From contig JBHLME010000125.1 in assembly GCA_048938445.1 (NCBI GenBank), forward strand, positions 1 through 13,000: 13,000 nucleotides of DNA, read 5' to 3'. The notes below the pieces were generated by a model. The model did not search any database and was not told the DNA's origin. It worked only from the letters and a program-made list of their open reading frames with translations. A program made the translations under genes and the position numbers. Positions 7,685 to 13,000 of this stretch are shown in pieces. Source of the stretch: Promethearchaeota archaeon (GTDB lineage: Archaea > Asgardarchaeota > Lokiarchaeia > Sigyniarchaeales > SOKP01). Each line of letters begins with the position of its first letter. The stretch's first letter is position 1.

Positions 7685-8590
7685 ATGCTAAAAAAGATAT
7701 GGATTGGAGCCATATGCAACCGTGACATGGAATTATTCAACCAAATCATTAAATTTACAAAGATTAATTATCCTAATAGAATATCCATTGTATCATTATT
7801 AAAAAAAGATGGAAAGTTTAGTACAAAATACTTTAAAAAGAAAATTAAAAAATATCCTATTTCTTTTCTTATATTAAAACTCTATTCTGAACCATCAAAT
7901 CAAATTATCTATAATGCAATTAAAACTTACGCCCCAAATATTCCTATATTAAATAGTTTAAGATCAGTGTCTATATGTGAAAGTAGAAATGAGACATTTA
8001 AATTTATTGAGAGAAATTGTAAGAAATTAAATATACCAAAAAATTTTTATACAATTAAAGATGCCTATGATGCTTGTAGTCAAGGAATACCAATCATTGT
8101 TAAATTAGACATTCATAATGCTCCACATATATCAAAGTATGATAGAATATTAGGGATCGCAAAAACTCCGAAAGAGCTAATGAATTTGATTAACAATTAC
8201 GCTCCAAAAAAATTATTTTTTCAAGAATATTTAGGAAAATTCGATATTGTCTATAAAATGTATATTATTGACAAATTTACCGTTAATATAAGATCTCATA
8301 ATCGTTTAAGAGAGCATAAATTAACACAATTAGAACTAATAGATATTAGAGTTCCTATTAATAAACTATTAAAGAGAAGAATTAAACAAATTGGCAGAAA
8401 ACTTGGAATGGTTTTATATGGTGTTGATTATATAATAACTGAAGATAATAATGCATATATTGTAGATATAAATGATTTCCCTAGTTTTAAAAACATTCCT
8501 GAAGCAGTTAGTTTAATTTCAGATTATTTATATAATCGACTATATTCTCTGCAACTATTATCTAAAATACCAATCAAAATAAAAGGATAA
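7685..8590 (+). CDS. ATP-grasp protein, inositol phosphate kinase ITPK1-like
   Basis: FLILKL, PILNS...CESR, IPIIVK, FQEYL...VYKMYII, LGMVLYGVDYI and YIVDINDFPSF, the last resembling the recalled ITPK1 IDINxFPGY signature. Confidence 0.8.
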   Translation: MLKKIWIGAICNRDMELFNQIIKFTKINYPNRISIVSLLKKDGKFSTKYFKKKIKKYPISFLILKLYSEPSNQIIYNAIKTYAPNIPILNSLRSVSICESRNETFKFIERNCKKLNIPKNFYTIKDAYDACSQGIPIIVKLDIHNAPHISKYDRILGIAKTPKELMNLINNYAPKKLFFQEYLGKFDIVYKMYIIDKFTVNIRSHNRLREHKLTQLELIDIRVPINKLLKRRIKQIGRKLGMVLYGVDYIITEDNNAYIVDINDFPSFKNIPEAVSLISDYLYNRLYSLQLLSKIPIKIKG

Positions 8591-8612
8591 TAGTTAAAAT
8601 ATCTAATTAAAT

Positions 8613-9707
8613 TCATCTTTCTCTTTTACCTTCAATGAATTCTACAAGATATCTTTTAGCAATAAAATCTTGTAATTGTTGTGGCGGATGTTTCATAAAA
8701 AATGAACAAGCTGATTGAAGTACTCCTCCTATTTTTCTATCCCGTGCGATTTTAGATATTCTAATGCAATCAGCGATAATTCCTGCGGAATTATTTCCAT
8801 CTTCTACAAACATAGTAAGGTCTATCCTCACAGGAGCTCCACCAAAAATTCTCCCTTCTAATCTCATATAAGCTTCTTTTTGATTTTTTAAAAATGGGAT
8901 GTAATCTACAGCAGAAATCTGGCACTCTACGGTATCTTTATTTTGAAGTTTAGCTATCACGGATTCGGTCTTTGACTGTCGTTTTCCTTCTTCATATACT
9001 AAAGTCCCATCAGATCTGGGTGTCATTAAATTACAAAAATCAGAACACCCGCCCCAATCTAGCTGAATTGTTCTGTCTAATATTGCACCTCTCATTGGAA
9101 ATAAATTTGCTAATGAACGATGAATTATTGTTGCTCCTATTTGGGATTTAACATCATCTCCTATAATAGACAAACCTAATTCTGTTGCTTTTTTCTCTAT
9201 TTCTGGATCTTTAGCAACATTTGAAGGCATTCCACATATGACACACGCACCTGCTTCAAGTGCGATATGGGCATAATACTTTACAGCTTCATGACATCCT
9301 GTAGGTAGTAATATTACTGCAACATCTACATTTTTTGCCTTCATTTCGTTAAGAATATCTGCAGGGCCATTATTTTCATTAACAGGTATGATATGTTTAA
9401 TATTACTATTAAGGCCATCCAATATTGGACCTTTAATGACTGGAGCATTCAAAATGTTTGGAGAAAATAATTTTTTATTACAATTAGGATCTTCAAATAT
9501 TGCTTCACTCAAGTCTTTACCTACTTTATTTGAGTTGACATCAATGCCTAACACAAAATTGATATCGTTGATGCTATATTGGGTAATTTCTGGTAATAAC
9601 CCGATAATTCTCTCTGGATTTTGTTTATAATTCTCGACTCCTTGGACAAGAGCAGAGCATACATCTCCTACTCCTATTACACATGTATTAATTTTGCTCA
9701 TAGACAT
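8613..9707 (-). CDS. ino1: myo-inositol-1-phosphate (inositol-3-phosphate) synthase, archaeal/actinobacterial type
   Basis: Rossmann motif VIGVG, DVNSNKVGKDLSEAIF, IIGDDVKSQIGAT, SKT, DYIPFL..QKEAY, FGGAP, ED..NSAG and FMKHPP. The start could be 9707 or 9701. Confidence 0.93.
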   Translation of the reverse strand: MSMSKINTCVIGVGDVCSALVQGVENYKQNPERIIGLLPEITQYSINDINFVLGIDVNSNKVGKDLSEAIFEDPNCNKKLFSPNILNAPVIKGPILDGLNSNIKHIIPVNENNGPADILNEMKAKNVDVAVILLPTGCHEAVKYYAHIALEAGACVICGMPSNVAKDPEIEKKATELGLSIIGDDVKSQIGATIIHRSLANLFPMRGAILDRTIQLDWGGCSDFCNLMTPRSDGTLVYEEGKRQSKTESVIAKLQNKDTVECQISAVDYIPFLKNQKEAYMRLEGRIFGGAPVRIDLTMFVEDGNNSAGIIADCIRISKIARDRKIGGVLQSACSFFMKHPPQQLQDFIAKRYLVEFIEGKRER

Positions 9708-9895
9708 TAAAATTAATTACTAATTAATATTTGTTTATATTAAATTATCATATTTAAATAATTTTAAATCTGAAATAAAACACTATTCAACCGTAATTTT
9801 TCAAATAATTAATTATAAAAAAAATTAAGTTCATATTGATTTATTAGAAAATAAATCAATTGTTATTTTAAGATAGTATCAAAATAAGAATCACA
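9708..9895. promoter_or_regulatory. Divergent promoter region shared by ino1 and the ITPK1-like kinase
   Basis: 188-nt extremely AT-rich gap between head-to-head starts, with several TATA-like hexamers that cannot be individually assigned. Confidence 0.45.
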
Positions 9896-10780
9896 ATGAA
9901 AGTTATTTTTTCTGCTAAAAAAGAACATGATGTATTTAAAAAAGTAATTAATCAATTAAGTAATATTAAAAATCTTGAATGTTTTTTTCATGATCCTGTA
10001 AATGAATTTTTTAATTTAGAAGAAATTCACCAATTTCTGAAAGATATTGATTATATTATAGTAAAAGTAGCAAGTGAAGGATCTATTGACTTGCTTCATT
10101 TTGCAAAGTTATATAATATCCCAACCTTACATGATTTAAATGCTGTGTTAACGTGTATGAATAAAATTGCTCTAGATGGTGCTTTAAGAAAGATCTTTAA
10201 AATTCATTCTAATATGTTATCAAATTTCTCATTACCATTATCATGGAATCAAAATGTATTAGATATTATCAAATTTAAAAAATGGGCAGAAAATAAATTA
10301 CCAATTGTTATAAAAAGCCATAATCAACATGATAAATATAGACGCTTTAACTTTCTCGCAAAAAATATTGAAGAAATCGATCAATTTTGTATAAGGTATA
10401 AAGAATTCTTATATTATGATGTTTACATTCAAAAATTCATTGAATGTGATGGGATTGAAAGAAAAATTTATGTCATCGGTGATAAAATCTTTGGAATTAA
10501 AAGGGAGAATCCCATTTATCTACATATGAGAGAAAGACCCGATAATATTGATGTAAATCAAATAAAAAGGGAACCTTATAATGTTTCTGAAGAGATCAAA
10601 AAGTTAGCAAAAATATTATCAAAAGAATTACGTCTAAAGGTTTTTGGTTTTGATTTAATAAAAAGTATCGATAATGAACAATATTATTTTATGGATTTAA
10701 ATGATTTTCCGGGATTTAGAGGGATAGATAATATTGAAGATGTTTTTGTGGAATTCTTCAAATCATACTTAAATCTTTAG
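9896..10780 (+). CDS. ATP-grasp protein, inositol phosphate kinase ITPK1-like (best match of the four)
   Basis: DYIIVKV, LPIVIKSH, YIQKFIECDGIERKIYVIG...KR, LRLKVFGFDLI and YYFMDLNDFPGF parallel recalled ITPK1 segments (DVIIHKL, FPxIxK, QxFxNH..LxKVxVVG, LFGxDxI, IDINxFPGY). Confidence 0.83.
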   Translation: MKVIFSAKKEHDVFKKVINQLSNIKNLECFFHDPVNEFFNLEEIHQFLKDIDYIIVKVASEGSIDLLHFAKLYNIPTLHDLNAVLTCMNKIALDGALRKIFKIHSNMLSNFSLPLSWNQNVLDIIKFKKWAENKLPIVIKSHNQHDKYRRFNFLAKNIEEIDQFCIRYKEFLYYDVYIQKFIECDGIERKIYVIGDKIFGIKRENPIYLHMRERPDNIDVNQIKREPYNVSEEIKKLAKILSKELRLKVFGFDLIKSIDNEQYYFMDLNDFPGFRGIDNIEDVFVEFFKSYLNL

Positions 10781-11631
10781 ACCATTGTTCCAATTATTAT
10801 GAATGGAACAATAACGATAAATGATATAATTCCATAAACAATGCAGAAATATCCAAATTGAATTTTTTTAGCGATTAGTAACAAGAACTCGATAGATAAG
10901 TAACCTACACAGAAACTTATAATAGTCGCTATTAAAATAGTAAGTGGATCCAAGATTGCTAACTCCTCAGAAATAATTCCTGTAATAATTTTAAGACCAA
11001 TTGATCCAAAAACCACGGGAACTGACATTAAAAAACTTAATTTTAATGCATTATCTTTTTCATAATTTTTGTAAAGAAGAGTCGATATGGTGATTCCTGA
11101 TCGAGAGATTCCTGGTAATATTGAAATACCTTGTATGAGTCCAGATAAGAAGCTATCTTTATTCAAAACTTTATTATCAATGTTTTCAATTGATTTTTCA
11201 CCAGAAGATTTACCTTGTTTTAGCAAGATTATTCCTGTTATTATTAAAAATCCACCAATGATTAAAGTGATAAGATCTCCATGGATTGCTAAATAACCCG
11301 TAATGAGAAACTCAAATAAGAAATATAAAGGAATAGCAGTAATGGCCGTACCTATTGTTGCGATTAACACCCAATTCCTCTTTTTTTTATCTAAATATTC
11401 AAATTCAAACGTGTTTGGAAAGAAACTTGTTATCATTTTCATGTATTCCTTCCTAAATTTAATTAAAACGACTAAAGCTGTTCCTAAATGGAGCCATATA
11501 GCGAGAGAATAAGATTCTTGGGGACTTAGACCAAATAAATTCAATGAGACATTAAAAACTTGTCCCGATGAAGATATCGGAAACCATTCGAATAATCCCT
11601 GTAATATTGCCAGTATAATAATATCAATCAT
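10777..11631 (-). CDS. uppP: Undecaprenyl/polyprenyl-diphosphate phosphatase (BacA/UppP family)
   Basis: LQGLFEWFPISSSGQ, LHLGT, ILPGISRSGITI and SFLMSVP, with multiple TM segments. Confidence 0.92.
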   Translation of the reverse strand: MIDIIILAILQGLFEWFPISSSGQVFNVSLNLFGLSPQESYSLAIWLHLGTALVVLIKFRKEYMKMITSFFPNTFEFEYLDKKKRNWVLIATIGTAITAIPLYFLFEFLITGYLAIHGDLITLIIGGFLIITGIILLKQGKSSGEKSIENIDNKVLNKDSFLSGLIQGISILPGISRSGITISTLLYKNYEKDNALKLSFLMSVPVVFGSIGLKIITGIISEELAILDPLTILIATIISFCVGYLSIEFLLLIAKKIQFGYFCIVYGIISFIVIVPFIIIGTMV

Positions 11632-11912
11632 ATTTTATACATGAGGTCTTTAAATTTTATAGTCACGTGTTAATCTTTAAATTGATATAAAATATTAAAA
11701 AGGGAGAAAAAAAAAGATTATGTATTTTAGTTTTAATAAATAAAAAATCGGCTTTTTTTATAATATCTAATCTTATTAGCATGGATTTTCGTCTTAAAAA
11801 GCTCCGTTTGATTCACTTTAGATGATTTTTTAAAGATAATATTTTAATAATATTATTTACTGATCTTTAAAAGAGCACGAAGGAAAAAAAAAAATAAGAA
11901 TATATAATTACA

Positions 11913-13000
11913 ATGGCGAAAAAGCAAAAAAGTAAAATTGAGCCTTTTTTAAAATTTTTAGATAAAACAGTTGTTAAAAAAGTCGGGAATCCGTTAAAAA
12001 ATGTTGATGATTTTTTAAAATTACCCGCTTTAGCTTTTAATTTTTTGAAAGATGTTGATGTTAAACTCATACATGACTTATTCAATGTTTCTCAAATTTA
12101 TGAATTTCAGATATTAGATCAAGAGTCTCCGTTTGAAAGGTTGTATAAATCAGACCCGAAAAAAAAAGCAAAAATCGAAGAAGTCCTTCTCATTGACACT
12201 GAAATAGAAGAAAAGATCAAAAAAGCTACAATAATAAGTATTATTGCTGAACGGATCAGAAAAGATTCTGTAGTTGTTGAAAGAAAAGAACAAAAAGTTA
12301 TTGTTGTTGGTCTAAGCAATGCAGGAAAAACAACTATACTCTCGAAATTTGGTGGTCAATTGGGAATTAAAGACCTCACCAAATTAAAACCAACTAAAGG
12401 TGTTGAGAGAAAAGAAGTAAATACAAAAAACTTAAATTTGAATATTTGGGACTTTGGTGGTCAATTAGAATATCGCAACCGTTATTTACGAGAACCAGAA
12501 AAATATTTTTTTCGCGTAGATTTAGTTATATATGTTATAGATGTCCAAGATCAAGAGAATTTTGAAGAGAGTTTAGAATATTTTGAATCTATTTTAGATT
12601 ATCTTATAAGAATTGAAGAATATCCATATATCTTAATTTTTCTTCATAAATTTGACCCTGATTTAAAGGAAGATAATGAGATATTGTTAAATGTTGAATA
12701 TCTTAAGGATGAAATTAAAAATATTTTCAAAACCAAAAAGAAGCTCGATTATGAAATATATTTAAGTTCAATCTATTCGATAATTGCTAAAGAACCTAAA
12801 TTTGCGCAATATCTCAAGAATACCATGGAAAAAACTGCTACATTAGAAGATACGTCTATAACTAAAATAGAGGGAATTGCCTCAATTTTAGAAAATACCA
12901 TGAATGGTTTAATTAATTTATCTGAGACTGTAATGATCCAATTAGAGGAAATAAATAATCGTCTTTTAGCTTTAGAAAATCGAAAGAAGCATGCTGGCCG
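11913..13000 (+). CDS. Ras-superfamily small GTPase (Arf/Rag-like) with N-terminal extension and C-terminal helical region, partial (runs off the window)
   Basis: Translated by hand from ATG 11913 (MAKKQKSKIEPF...), open to the window end. G1 GLSNAGKT at 12309, G2 KPTKG, G3 WDFGGQ at 12447, G4 HKFD at 12645 and G5-like SSIY at 12765. Confidence 0.92.
   Translation, partial: MAKKQKSKIEPFLKFLDKTVVKKVGNPLKNVDDFLKLPALAFNFLKDVDVKLIHDLFNVSQIYEFQILDQESPFERLYKSDPKKKAKIEEVLLIDTEIEEKIKKATIISIIAERIRKDSVVVERKEQKVIVVGLSNAGKTTILSKFGGQLGIKDLTKLKPTKGVERKEVNTKNLNLNIWDFGGQLEYRNRYLREPEKYFFRVDLVIYVIDVQDQENFEESLEYFESILDYLIRIEEYPYILIFLHKFDPDLKEDNEILLNVEYLKDEIKNIFKTKKKLDYEIYLSSIYSIIAKEPKFAQYLKNTMEKTATLEDTSITKIEGIASILENTMNGLINLSETVMIQLEEINNRLLALENRKKHAG

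Noticed and set aside
5793-10780. Reading the ATP-grasp genes as RimK/LysX ligases or a RiPP (graspetide) cluster
   Set aside because: No precursor peptide is evident, the motifs are D-x-N and Lys rather than E-x-N and Arg, and the ino1 context favours kinases. Disfavoured, not excluded.
9388-11512. ORFs 9388-9630, 11087-11296 and 11303-11512 (all +)
   Set aside because: Antisense to ino1 and uppP.
11632-11912. 281-nt intergenic region with A/T runs and a weak hairpin near 11741-11760, considered as a possible ncRNA or tRNA
   Set aside because: No GC-rich stems or tRNA boxes. It is consistent with an ordinary divergent promoter region.
11867-12319. Minus-strand ORFs 11867-12085 and 12119-12319
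   Set aside because: Antisense to the real GTPase ORF that starts at 11913.

Overview
AT-rich archaeal DNA, most likely from an Asgard archaeon (Lokiarchaeia-like). This is inferred from gene content: a 20S proteasome beta subunit, an archaeal long-type FKBP, a Rag/Arf-like small GTPase and ITPK1-like kinases. The left part holds a small membrane protein, then co-oriented psmB, a GIFT/IFT52-like domain protein, a PflX-like radical SAM protein and an HhH-FKBP fusion. The centre (about 4.8-10.8 kb) is the main signal: myo-inositol-phosphate synthase sits among FOUR ATP-grasp paralogs whose motifs look like ITPK1-type inositol phosphate kinases rather than RimK ligases, plus a HAD phosphatase with a very lysine-rich tail. 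This is a candidate lipid-independent inositol polyphosphate synthesis and turnover locus. The right end has uppP and a 3'-truncated small GTPase (from 11913) that the ORF track missed. No RNA genes, CRISPR arrays or mobile elements were seen. All family assignments are by eye from recalled motifs, and no searches were run.
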